A model generated the notes under the pieces. It did not search any database. It saw only the letters and a list, made by a program, of their open reading frames with translations, and was not told the DNA's origin. Below are positions 1-8,446 of a stretch of DNA of 32,091 bases, in pieces. Made by a program: the position numbers and the translations under genes. Within the stretch, counting starts at the first letter, position 1. Each line of letters begins with the position of its first letter. Origin of the DNA: an uncultured Candidatus Saccharibacteria bacterium (GTDB lineage Bacteria; Patescibacteriota; DYJS01; CAYMEI01); assembly GCA_964389605.1 (NCBI GenBank), contig CAYMEI010000003.1, positions 1 to 32,091 on the forward strand, in the 5' to 3' direction.

Positions 1-540
1 AATTGGAGTGGCACAGGGATGAGTTCTGGCGATGAATTCATAGAACTTTATAACACAACAAGCTCTGCTGTGGTACTTGATGGGTGGACACTTGCTGGAG
101 CTGGACTTAATGGAGATCCACTTACAATCCCGGACCCTACAGCTTCAAATGATTATGTAATACCTGCAAACGGATACTTTGTAATATCTAACTTTGCAGA
201 TATGGCATCCTTCTCAGGTGACCAGGTTTCCTTAATGAAAGTTGGGACAGAAGACACAGGTACAAATAGAGCAAGGCTTGTTGACCCTGACTTAATACTG
301 AGTGATGATCAGTTGCAGATAATACTTTTAGACTCATCAGGTTCTATAGTAGATGTTGCAGGTGGTAGAACAACACCTCTTGCAGGCTCCTCAGCATGCC
401 AGACAGGAACAGAAGGACTATGTAAATCAATGGTCAGAACTAAACCATTTGCAGATGGCACACTGGCATCAAGCTGGACTGATACTAAACAAGGTATTAA
501 GCCTTCAGCACCCAAGACCTGTAGCAAGATACAACAATAG
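1..540 (+). CDS. Lamin-tail-domain (LTD) surface protein, C-terminal fragment (5' end outside window)
   Basis: Frame 1 is open from nt 1 (NWSGTGMSSGDEFIELYN...). GDEFIELYN ... LDGWTL ... IPANGYFVI is the usual LTD signature. Ends at TAG 538-540. Confidence 0.6.
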   Translation, partial: NWSGTGMSSGDEFIELYNTTSSAVVLDGWTLAGAGLNGDPLTIPDPTASNDYVIPANGYFVISNFADMASFSGDQVSLMKVGTEDTGTNRARLVDPDLILSDDQLQIILLDSSGSIVDVAGGRTTPLAGSSACQTGTEGLCKSMVRTKPFADGTLASSWTDTKQGIKPSAPKTCSKIQQ

Positions 541-547
541 TATATGA

Positions 548-1423
548 GGATTAAAAGCAACACCAGGACTTGATGAAGGAATTGGTTATGAAGCAGAGCA
601 TTTAAATTCAAAAGGGCGGGAGATTTCTGATCCAGATGCTTCAAATGGCTTTGCCACACAGGCACTTGCAATAGATGATTGTTCAGACTTTTGTTATGTA
701 ACATCAGGACCACAGAGTGAACTGGAAACAACTGGCAACTTCTTTAGAGCTGATTATAGAATTAAAGTTTCTGACAGCTCACTGGACACTCCAGCTGTAA
801 GGTTGACTGTAAGAAATGGAGATATGGTAGCTAAAAGAATAGTAAGTGCCAATGAATTTTCAGAAGATAATCGGTATCAGGATCTTACACTTTACTTCAA
901 AAAGACTTCCACCGAAGATGTAAGCTACAGTGTTTACTCTTACCAGTCAGTTGATGTAACAGTTGATAGTATTAAAGTAACAGATCTTGGGGCTGACAAT
1001 AACTTCAGTAAGACTTACGAAGCTGAAAACTATTCAATCATGACAGGTGAAGTAGTAGATGATGGAGGAGCAACTGCTGTTAAGAGTTCTGCTACATCAA
1101 GATTTGCTGCACTTTTATCATGGTCTGTTAACAGCCTTGAGCAGAGGAGTGGAGACTTTAAAGCTGAGTTCTACCTGAAGGTTGCTGACAATACTCAAAA
1201 CCAGAAGATTGGTAGAATTGAAGTATATGATAGATCAACAGGAGCATTCCTGTATACAGAATTTATTTATGCTGATGATGCAAGGTTTACAGATACTACA
1301 GAATACCATGTATTTGAAACACCATCCTTTACCACTGGTGCTGATGCTGTAGTAGATTACAGAGTAAAATTTTATTCTGTCCCAGATCTTTATTATGATA
1401 AAGTAGTGGTTAGCGGAGTATAG
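548..1423 (+). CDS. Protein with two CBM6/35-like YEAE modules; probably the downstream part of a disrupted LTD-CBM gene
   Basis: The ORF track calls TTG 803..1423, but the same frame is open from 548. A first module begins GYEAEHLNSKGREISDPDASNG at about nt 584. It is paralogous to the second module, KTYEAENYSIMTGEVVDDGGATAVKSS, at about nt 1012. There is no ATG, GTG or TTG between 548 and 803. TAG stop at 1421-1423, then a terminator. Confidence 0.5.
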   Translation, partial: GLKATPGLDEGIGYEAEHLNSKGREISDPDASNGFATQALAIDDCSDFCYVTSGPQSELETTGNFFRADYRIKVSDSSLDTPAVRLTVRNGDMVAKRIVSANEFSEDNRYQDLTLYFKKTSTEDVSYSVYSYQSVDVTVDSIKVTDLGADNNFSKTYEAENYSIMTGEVVDDGGATAVKSSATSRFAALLSWSVNSLEQRSGDFKAEFYLKVADNTQNQKIGRIEVYDRSTGAFLYTEFIYADDARFTDTTEYHVFETPSFTTGADAVVDYRVKFYSVPDLYYDKVVVSGV

Positions 1424-1444
1424 TATTTTAACCTGTAATAATAA

Positions 1445-1474
1445 ACACAGTCGATTCGTTCGGCTGTGTTTTTT
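1445..1474 (+). terminator. Rho-independent terminator
   Basis: ACACAGTCGA-ttcgt-TCGGCTGTGT forms a 10-bp stem (one G-U pair), followed by a T6 run, 22 nt after the stop at 1423. Confidence 0.7.
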
Positions 1475-1488
1475 GCTGGAGAGGAAGT

Positions 1489-1600
1489 GTGTAGTTTAGT
1501 AGGCTTGGTGATTACTCGCCAAGTACCTCAAAGTTAGAACCTTAGACTTTGAAAAACTGAGTGCATTAAAGCCTTGTGTGGAGTGTGAATAGAGATGAAA
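1489..1600 (+). repeat. Left copy of an inverted repeat of about 95-125 nt (partner at 13081-13215)
   Basis: Core 1507-1600 aligns with the reverse complement of 13081-13176 at roughly 85% identity. An example shared stretch is TACCTCAAAGTT-N-GAACCTTAGACTTTGAAAAACT. It contains the hairpin TCAAAGT-11nt-ACTTTGA (1528-1552). A short outer match (GTAGGCT, about 1489-1505) is separated in the right copy by an insert of about 22 nt. Confidence 0.75.
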
Positions 1601-1649
1601 TTTAGTTGACCCCAAACTTACTTACCACCAATAAGCTGGTCTAAAAACA

Positions 1650-1937
1650 ATGATCCAGAGGAAAAGGTTAAGTAAATATATACTCAAAAAGATCATCAGC
1701 CTCTTATGTTTATATCTACAGACAGATAAAACATCTAAAATACTCAACCTCAATAGAAATACAATCAATAAATACTTTATGCTATTCAGGAAATGCATCT
1801 ATCTTAAAAGAAACCTCGAGATGAATAAACTTGCAGGGTTAATAGAATTGGATGAGAGTTATTTCGATTCGAATCTATATTCTGTCACAAGCTCATCTTT
1901 GGGTACTGATCTGACAGTATCTACTAATCTAAGGTAG
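1650..1937 (+). pseudogene. IS1595-family (IS1016-group-like) transposase, N-terminal stub only
   Basis: TSKILNLNRNTINKYFMLFRKCI ... LAGLIELDESYF matches the conserved N-terminal region (HTH, then G-x-[IV]E-x-DE-[ST]-YF) of IS1595/IS1016 transposases. Similarity ends right after ELDESYF, so the DDE domain is absent. Confidence 0.5.
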
Positions 1938-2010
1938 TTTTTAGTGTGTGAATCAAGCAGTTCGTTCTTGGTTTTCGTGCGTGCCATTTTGTGGTTCTTA
2001 TTAATTCTTA

Positions 2011-2385
2011 CACAAAAAAGAGCGATTTAATTTTCTGCCAAAGGGACATATTTTTGTAAGCCACTTTGCATATCTGACTATACTACTGCGAATAGTTAGA
2101 TACAAGTGCCTTGATTTTCTTGTGTCTGTAGAACATGTAGCAGAAATCATTAATATTCAGCCTAGCTATCTCAAGGAGCAGTTCATCAAGGCAGTTACTC
2201 CTGTCGATATATCCAGATACTACTCTCCATATAAACCTATCAAACTGTGACTTATCGGAGTTTCTGGGTAGCTCCAGAAGGTACTCCTGTCTTTCGTCGA
2301 TACCAAATCTGGGAAACTCTACTAGTCTGAGTAATCGCTCAAGGACTGCCTTCTTTAGTTTACTGTACAGTGATATGCCCGATAG
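2011..2385 (-). pseudogene. Unassigned ORF remnant without start codon, with in-frame TAG
   Basis: The minus-strand frame is open from 2385 down to TAA 2008-2010, with a single internal TAG at 2083-2085 (...KIKALVSNYSQ*YSQICKVAYKNMSLWQ...). There is no initiator codon near the 5' end. No family was recognised. Confidence 0.2.
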
Positions 2386-2466
2386 TTAACTATAGAAGAT
2401 GCACTGAATTCGTGGTCATATAGGTTATTGCTAAGGAATATTTTAGTGATTAGCTGGTCTCTCTGA

Positions 2467-3069
2467 GGTGTTTTCGAGAGAGAGGAGAGGGTCAAAACTG
2501 CATCACTCTGGCTGTGCTCCTTAACAAAAGGACACAGCCAGAGAGTAACAGAGATGACAGTCATGTTAGCAGAAAAAATGGGAATAAAAGAAGAAGAAGA
2601 ACTGGAGCATATTAGAAGAGGAGCTCTTCTTCATGACATTGGTAAACTTGGAATACCAGATTCAATACTTTTAAAACCAGGAAAACTTACAGAGGATGAG
2701 TGGGTTATAATGAAACAGCATCCAGTGTATGCATATACCTAGCTGGCTCCTATAGACTTTCTACGGCCTGCCCTTGATATACCTTACTGCCATCATGAGA
2801 AGTGGGATGGGAGTGGGTATCCAAAAGGGTTAAAAGGTGAAGAGATACCTTTGTCTGCAAGGATATTTGCTATTGTTGATGTGTGGGATGCACTGACAAA
2901 TGACAGACCGTATAGAAAGGCATGGGATAGACAGAGAACACTTGAGCACATACAATCACAATCAGGGACACATTTTGATCCGGAGGTGGTTGGTGCTTTT
3001 GTTGATATGATGGATGAAGGGGGTGGTCTGGGATTGACAGAAGAGGCTGATGGTCAGGCTGGCACTTAA
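2467..3069 (+). pseudogene. HD-GYP domain phosphodiesterase remnant (5'-truncated, in-frame TAG)
   Basis: Reads TKGHSQRVTEMTVMLAEKMG ... GALLHDIGKLGIPDSILLKPGKLTEDEW ... HP ... then TAG 2740-2742. The same frame continues with YCHHEKWDGSGYPKGLKGEEIPLSARIFAIVDVWDALTNDRPYRKAW. The frame opens only at 2467 and no upstream sensor or receiver domain is present. Confidence 0.75.
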
Positions 3070-3162
3070 AGTTTCCTAGCTACTGGCAGGGCTAGATCAT
3101 CTCTCTGGTATAATTATTGTATTATTAACAAATTAATCTAATTAATTAGAGTTGCCTTGAAA

Positions 3163-3233
3163 TCGGGTGTCGTCTAATGGTAGGACAACAGACTCTGAAT
3201 CTGTTAATCGAGGTTCGAATCCTTGCACCCGAG
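3163..3233 (+). tRNA. tRNA-Gln (anticodon CUG)
   Basis: Cloverleaf by hand. Acceptor TCGGGTG/CACCCGA; D arm GTC..GAC; anticodon stem ACAGA/TCTGT with loop CTCTGAA; T arm CGAGG-TTCGAAT-CCTTG; discriminator G. No encoded CCA. Confidence 0.85.
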
Positions 3234-4511
3234 CATATCACTACTCTCAGTCAAAATCTTACTCACCCTTAGCTCATTTATTAAGGTAATATCTAGTTTT
3301 TCATTCTCAATTGAGAGGTTCGAACTTGATAGTTTTAAAATCATGTTTTTTTGTTCAGGGTTCGAACCACTATAAATTTCAGGTAACATATTAATTATCT
3401 TCTGAATGGTAATAAGGTTAATATAAGGTAAAGACTTATTAGATTTTAAATCATCTATTCTTTTATTAACTCTATCTAATTCTAACTCTTTTTTATGTAT
3501 AATTTCTTCTGCTTTTTCTATAGTTATACTTCCTGTATCTCCTAGAAAAACTTTTTCCCTGCCTTCTGCTATCTGTTTTTCAAGCCTAGTTTTCTCTCCT
3601 TCCGTTCTTACAAGCTCCTGATTATTAGATATAAACTGTTCAGTTTGCCACTCTATAAGAATATCCATAGCTTTTTGAGCGTCTTGTTCGGGTACATATA
3701 GATTGCTTAATGAGTCTATTATTTGAGGTTCATATCTCTTCTCATCTACATACTTAGTCTTCCCTCCATTGTGTTTTTTGCAGTAGCTACAGTAGCATAT
3801 ATTGATTATATGCCCATTCTTTTTAAATGTAGGGCTTACGCCTATCTTGTGACCACATACACCACAGGTAGCAATCCCATCAAGTATTCTTGGTACTTCA
3901 GAACTTCTGGTTTTCTTCTGTTTCTTGATATTAGCACATCTATTGTTCTTACCTGCAAGCTTATTCTGAACAATCTCAAAGGTTTCAGGGTCGGTTAAGC
4001 GTTCGTACTTATGCTTAAATGAACCTTCCCTAGTTTCAATAATGCCTATATAGAATTTGTTTTTGAGTATCTTGCCTATACCGCCCTTATCGTATTTATT
4101 GCCCTTCTTATTCTTTAGATTTTTTACCTCTGCCCACTCAATCAGATCGGCTAGGCTATAGTTATGGTAAGCATACAGATTAAATAATTCAGTAATCTTT
4201 GGTGCAACTGCTTCATCTTTAAGTTTACCACCAACCCTGCCTCGTTCGTCATACTTAACATAAAAACCTTTTGGCATACCAGTAAATGGGTATTCACCAT
4301 CTCTAAGCATTTTCTTATGGGTTTGAAACTGCCTGTCTGAATTAACCTTAGATTCAATATGACTGTTTAAAGAAGAAAGTACATACTGGTAAAGCACACC
4401 AGTATTCTCTATTCCTATAGCTCCTCCAAAATCAGTCACTGAATGTATTTTACTTGCAATAAGTGATAAACCACCTATACCTTCCTCCATATTTCTTGCC
4501 AGCCTATCCAC
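3204..4511 (-). CDS. Large serine recombinase, C-terminal part (end of catalytic domain, recombinase domain, zinc ribbon, coiled coil)
   Basis: Reads VDRLARNMEEG ..., then GMPKGFYVKYD, and a Cys cluster CGVCGHK...CYCSYCKK typical of large serine integrases. The annotated start is GTG. The frame is open upstream to 4547 (RIPELAVIVVKSVDRLARN). The stop TAA 3204-3206 lies within the tRNA-Gln gene. Confidence 0.8.
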   Translation of the reverse strand: MDRLARNMEEGIGGLSLIASKIHSVTDFGGAIGIENTGVLYQYVLSSLNSHIESKVNSDRQFQTHKKMLRDGEYPFTGMPKGFYVKYDERGRVGGKLKDEAVAPKITELFNLYAYHNYSLADLIEWAEVKNLKNKKGNKYDKGGIGKILKNKFYIGIIETREGSFKHKYERLTDPETFEIVQNKLAGKNNRCANIKKQKKTRSSEVPRILDGIATCGVCGHKIGVSPTFKKNGHIINICYCSYCKKHNGGKTKYVDEKRYEPQIIDSLSNLYVPEQDAQKAMDILIEWQTEQFISNNQELVRTEGEKTRLEKQIAEGREKVFLGDTGSITIEKAEEIIHKKELELDRVNKRIDDLKSNKSLPYINLITIQKIINMLPEIYSGSNPEQKNMILKLSSSNLSIENEKLDITLINELRVSKILTESSDMLGCKDSNLD

Positions 4512-4800
4512 ACTCTTTACAACAATTACCGCTAATTCTGGAATTCTTTAGCATACCAATAATACCAGAATACAAAGCTCTTTCACCCTGCCTATACGCA
4601 CTCTTAGATTCTTCAACAATATACTTGCATTTCAGGTTGTTCTTTTGCACATAATCCAGACATATACCCTTCTGAGTCTTAAGACTGTTATGCTGTTGAG
4701 ACTCACCTTCACTGGATTTTCTTAGATAGATAACAAGGCTACCCTTATCCTTAATTTTTTGCAAATCTGCAGGATCAGTTATTCTAATAATACCCTCCAT
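4504..4800 (-). CDS. Serine recombinase, N-terminal catalytic part (separated from 3204..4511 by a frameshift)
   Basis: VIYLRKSSEGESQQ matches the Y-x-R-x-S-[ST]-x2-Q catalytic serine motif. The reading frame switches near 4540-4550 (...GIIGMLKNS in one frame, RIPELAVIVVKSVDRLARN in the other). Confidence 0.8.
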   Translation of the reverse strand: MEGIIRITDPADLQKIKDKGSLVIYLRKSSEGESQQHNSLKTQKGICLDYVQKNNLKCKYIVEESKSAYRQGERALYSGIIGMLKNSRISGNCCKECG

Positions 4801-4803
4801 CTG

Positions 4804-4992
4804 CTAGTTTAGATTGATAATAAACTTATTCAGATTTTCCTCAGATATGCGTATATTCTTACCTATTCTATAAGCCTTAAGCTTACCACTTTTAATGTAT
4901 CTATATATTGAAAGCTTAGTTATTTTAAGCTTCTTAGATACCTCCTCAACTGTATAAAAATTACTTTCCATTTTTCTATCACACTTATACAT
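4804..4992 (-). CDS. Excisionase-family / MerR-like helix-turn-helix DNA-binding protein
   Basis: YTVEEVSKKLKITKLSIYRYIKSGKLKAYRIGKNIRISEENL is the typical excisionase-family HTH pattern. Its ATG overlaps the upstream stop as TAATG. Its TAG stop is followed by CAG and then the recombinase ATG in the same frame. Confidence 0.75.
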   Translation of the reverse strand: MYKCDRKMESNFYTVEEVSKKLKITKLSIYRYIKSGKLKAYRIGKNIRISEENLNKFIINLN

Positions 4993-6128
4993 TAGTTATC
5001 ACTGATAACAATTTTTTCCGTTTCATAGTTTTCTACTCCATCAACTAGGCAATCGTACATTCCATATTTTTCAGTTATCATTGAGTACAATAGTTTTTTA
5101 CACCTTTTGACTATATCCTTACCATGCTTTTTACTGTAGTGCCTCTGAAGCAGTTTAAGCAGATGATCTTCCCCATCTTTCAGCATAATATTAATATACC
5201 CAGTATTAAGAATAGTATCGTTTAATTCTTTCTTACTGGATGCTTTTTCCAGCATACTGATATTATAAAAATCACCCATGTTCATAGACAGATGACTGTC
5301 AACCCCTTCCAGAAATAAAATCTGATTTAACATGCATTCCTTATATACAGTAATATCAAAAGCGTTTTCCAGTGTATTGTCCAGACCATTATCTTTAAAG
5401 AACTTGTCAACTTTACTCTTTTTGTACATCCTGTACTCAACCCTCAATATTTCTTTATCTTCTATATAATTCAACACATTTTTTATATGCTCACCCTCTT
5501 CCAGTGAACTGGTAAGACCCTTGCCTATTCTTTTGTTTAGCACATCAGAAGCCTCTTTTGATTTATTATAAAATATTATTTCATGCTGTTGATTACGAAA
5601 ACTACAGCTAAGGACATTCTTATTAATATACATCTTACTAGCTACCTGCAAATGACCACTTGGAGGGCAGATTTTGCTAATAGCATGTATTACGCAATCA
5701 GTTTTTTTCTGCCTCAATAGATAGTTCTTTGCATAGTGTAGCTGTGCAAGCGAGGAGTTAATTATTGCTTCTGGAGCAACATACAATCCATAGATACCCA
5801 GTGTCCTTGATAGCTTTGTACAAACTGCCATTGAGTCCTCTGGATCAGTCTCACTTACATTTTCACCAAACATAAGCTTACTCAAAGAAATATCTACATA
5901 CAAGTACTCTGTAATCTGCCCTGTATCTCTTATAACTCTTTGAGTTATTTCAAGCTTCGGATAGCACCCTGCCAGTACCTCTGTATCAGTCTTGCTTTTA
6001 AACCCTTTATTTTGCGTAAACTTTTTTGTCTTGGTTAGGCTACTGCCAACTGGTTTATATTCAGGGTAAAATGCCTTACGGTTCGTTACCTCAAAATTTT
6101 CTATCTGTAATACTACTGTATCAATCAT
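4992..6128 (-). CDS. Hypothetical protein; possible replication initiator (weak)
   Basis: 378-aa intact ORF, translationally coupled to the HTH gene. The only similarity cue is the N-terminus MIDTVVLQI..., reminiscent of gpII/CRI-type replication proteins (MIDW/FL...). This has not been verified. Confidence 0.55.
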   Translation of the reverse strand: MIDTVVLQIENFEVTNRKAFYPEYKPVGSSLTKTKKFTQNKGFKSKTDTEVLAGCYPKLEITQRVIRDTGQITEYLYVDISLSKLMFGENVSETDPEDSMAVCTKLSRTLGIYGLYVAPEAIINSSLAQLHYAKNYLLRQKKTDCVIHAISKICPPSGHLQVASKMYINKNVLSCSFRNQQHEIIFYNKSKEASDVLNKRIGKGLTSSLEEGEHIKNVLNYIEDKEILRVEYRMYKKSKVDKFFKDNGLDNTLENAFDITVYKECMLNQILFLEGVDSHLSMNMGDFYNISMLEKASSKKELNDTILNTGYINIMLKDGEDHLLKLLQRHYSKKHGKDIVKRCKKLLYSMITEKYGMYDCLVDGVENYETEKIVISDN

Positions 6129-6436
6129 TGCTTTAAATTATTATTAATCTTATCTCCAAATTCAGACATCAGGTACTTTATCAACTCACAAAACTGCACA
6201 GATGTATCGCTATGTTTGCCTTTAGCGACATCTTGCTTTTGTTTAACTTGAGGATTTTCCGACCTCTTTCCTCTGCCTTTGATTACACTGGTATTATTTA
6301 GAAGCAGTTCACTAAAAATTGGGATTTGTATTTAACCAACTGTAGGTACTTGATAGGTTATTTAGTGATGAGAGGGGGATGGTATTTCAAAAAGTTCAAC
6401 ATTTATTATATTTGTATAGTTTAATCACAGATTAAT

Positions 6437-6625
6437 ATGGATCACACAACAGTAAGACAAGCTATTGAAGAAGTCTTAAAAAATGATGACAGACTCTGGA
6501 ACGAAGATAAAACAGAGCTTAACCATCCGTTGCTTATGGATTTAGTAGAAAAAACTGATGAGATTCTAATTGATCTGCCACTTCGGGAAGAAGAAGTAAA
6601 CAATAAGTCAAAAAGTGATGTCTAA
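6437..6625 (+). CDS. Small ORF, possibly a remnant of a Mod N-terminal domain
   Basis: 62-aa ORF overlapping the mod start by 11 nt in another frame. VLKNDDRLWNEDKTELNHPLLMDLVEKTDEILIDL resembles N-terminal helices that, from memory, occur in some Type III-like methyltransferases. Confidence 0.3.
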   Translation: MDHTTVRQAIEEVLKNDDRLWNEDKTELNHPLLMDLVEKTDEILIDLPLREEEVNNKSKSDV

Positions 6626-8441
6626 ATATCAGAATTATACAAGAGACCAGCTTGTTCAGCTTTTGGAAGAGAAAGATAAAAACTCTGAAAAAAAGTATGG
6701 GCTTTTTTGGGACGAAGAGAGGGAGAGAGAAAAGGTGGTTGTGGAATGCGAGGATAATTTGCCAGTTTTGGAGAGGGTGGGAAGTAAAGAAATTAGAACA
6801 GGTGAAAGTGGACACAATCTTTTGATTGAAGGTGATAATTACCACGCCTTGACTGTTCTAAACTACACCCACAAAGAAAAAATTGATGTTATTTATATTG
6901 ATCCGCCGTATAACACAGGGAACAGGGATTTTGCTTACAATGACAGGTACATAGACCGAGAAGATAGTTTTCGTCATTCCAAATGGCTTAATTTTATGGA
7001 GAAGAGGCTAATTTTAGCCAAAAGATTATTGAGTGAAAAAGGGGTGATTTTTATTTCCATTGATGATAATGAACAGGCTTATTTAAAAGTTTTGTGTGAT
7101 GCGATTTTTGGAGGGGAAAATTTTGTTGCAAATATAATTATACAAAGCAACCCAAGAGGCTCACAATCAAGCAAGCATTTAGCAAATGTCCATGAATATC
7201 TTTTGTGTTATGCAAAAGCAAGTGATAAATTAAACTTAATAGGAGAAGATAAAAAAGATGATACAGTTCTAGAGTATAATTTAGTAGATAAGAAAGATGG
7301 TGAAGTTTTGAGATATAGGCTTCTAGGGTTAAGGCAAAGAGGTGGAGCATGGAAAAGAGAGGACAGACCTAAAATGTTTTATCCAATTTATATTGATCCG
7401 AAAACTGGAAATTGTTCTTTAGAACAAAATGATATTTTTACAGAAGTTACTTTACCCAAAAGACCAACTGGAGAAGAAGGAAGATGGACATGGTCAAAAG
7501 AAAAATTACAAAAAGATATAAAATTTTTAATTGGGAAAAAAGTAAGCAGAAGAGGGGAAGAAAACTTTTGGGATATTTTTAGAAAAGATTATTTGCTAAA
7601 TGATGATGGAGAGGTAAAAACCTCCAAGACAAAAACAATTTGGATTGAAAAAGAGTTAAATTATCAAAACGGAAGAACTGTATTAAAAAATGTTTTGAAT
7701 GCCGATGCTTTTGATTACCCAAAACCTGTAGAATTACTAAAAAGAATACTTAAAATTTCAAGCCAACCGAACTCAACTGTTCTTGATTTTATGGCAGGCA
7801 CAGGAACCACAGGGCAGGCAGTTTTGGAGCTAAACAAAGAAGACGGAGGGAATCGTCAATTTATTCTTTGCACCAACAACGAGCTAAATGGAGTAGGTAG
7901 CCAACTAGCTGAAAGTGAAAAACTAAAAACTAATAGTGAAAATTTTAATCCAGAACAGTTTGGAATTTGCCAAAGGGTAACTTATCCAAGGCTACAAAAG
8001 ATCATTCAAGGTTATAATAAAAATGGAGATGGTGAGTGGGTTGATGGTTTGGGTGGAAACTTGATGTATTTCAAGACTGCTTTTGTGCAGAGTAGCAACA
8101 ACAGAGACCAAGTTAAATTTGCTTTGTTGAACCAATGCACAGAAATGCTTTGTGTTAGGGAAGGAGCTTTTGATTTGCAAGAGGAGAATGAAAACTACAA
8201 AATTTTTATATCTGCCGACAAAAAGAGGGTGATGGGAGCTTATTTTGATTTTTTCAAGCTAGACCTAGAAGAGTTTGCAAGCAAGATAGCAGGTTTTGAA
8301 GGACGAAAAAGGGTTTATATTTTTTCAGAAGACAAAAAGGTAGATAAGACACTTTTTAGAGAAATTCCAAACTGCACAGTTGAAGCCATCCCCGAACCAA
8401 TTTTAGAAATTTACAAAGAATTAATAAAGTTAAGTAAGTAG
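6615..8441 (+). CDS. mod: Type III restriction-modification methyltransferase (Mod), N6-adenine/N4-cytosine beta class
   Basis: Motif IV, VIYIDPPYNTG, lies upstream of motif I, LDFMAGTGTTGQA. NLLIEGDNYHAL precedes motif IV. The gene lies directly upstream of a res helicase-nuclease. Confidence 0.9.
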   Translation: MMSKYQNYTRDQLVQLLEEKDKNSEKKYGLFWDEEREREKVVVECEDNLPVLERVGSKEIRTGESGHNLLIEGDNYHALTVLNYTHKEKIDVIYIDPPYNTGNRDFAYNDRYIDREDSFRHSKWLNFMEKRLILAKRLLSEKGVIFISIDDNEQAYLKVLCDAIFGGENFVANIIIQSNPRGSQSSKHLANVHEYLLCYAKASDKLNLIGEDKKDDTVLEYNLVDKKDGEVLRYRLLGLRQRGGAWKREDRPKMFYPIYIDPKTGNCSLEQNDIFTEVTLPKRPTGEEGRWTWSKEKLQKDIKFLIGKKVSRRGEENFWDIFRKDYLLNDDGEVKTSKTKTIWIEKELNYQNGRTVLKNVLNADAFDYPKPVELLKRILKISSQPNSTVLDFMAGTGTTGQAVLELNKEDGGNRQFILCTNNELNGVGSQLAESEKLKTNSENFNPEQFGICQRVTYPRLQKIIQGYNKNGDGEWVDGLGGNLMYFKTAFVQSSNNRDQVKFALLNQCTEMLCVREGAFDLQEENENYKIFISADKKRVMGAYFDFFKLDLEEFASKIAGFEGRKRVYIFSEDKKVDKTLFREIPNCTVEAIPEPILEIYKELIKLSK

Positions 8442-8446
8442 AGGTT

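Larger units (their letters stand above)
3204..6128 (-). mobile_element. Integration/replication module of an integrative element abutting tRNA-Gln (right boundary undetermined)
   Basis: A rep-like gene, an excisionase-type HTH gene and a serine recombinase lie in one tightly coupled minus-strand array. The recombinase ORF terminates inside the 3' half of tRNA-Gln. Confidence 0.5.

Noticed and set aside
538-573. UGA or UAG recoding (genetic code 4 or 25-like) to fuse the LTD and CBM ORFs.
   Set aside because: TGA serves as a genuine stop in the ATGA overlap between the ABC ATPase and its permease (18455-18458), and as the stop of a LAGLIDADG ORF. Many long ORFs are intact under the standard code. 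Even with recoding, a frame change would still be needed.
1-1423. A diversity-generating retroelement target, because LTD and lectin-like surface proteins are common DGR targets in CPR.
   Set aside because: There is no reverse transcriptase gene and no template/variable repeat pair anywhere in the window.
2355-2564. 69-aa minus-strand ORF.
   Set aside because: It is antisense to the start of the HD-GYP remnant and has no motif. The neighbouring minus-strand remnant (2011-2385) lies in a different frame.
3723-4654. ORFs 3723..3998, 4151..4357 and 4463..4654.
   Set aside because: They are antisense or out of frame within the serine recombinase gene.
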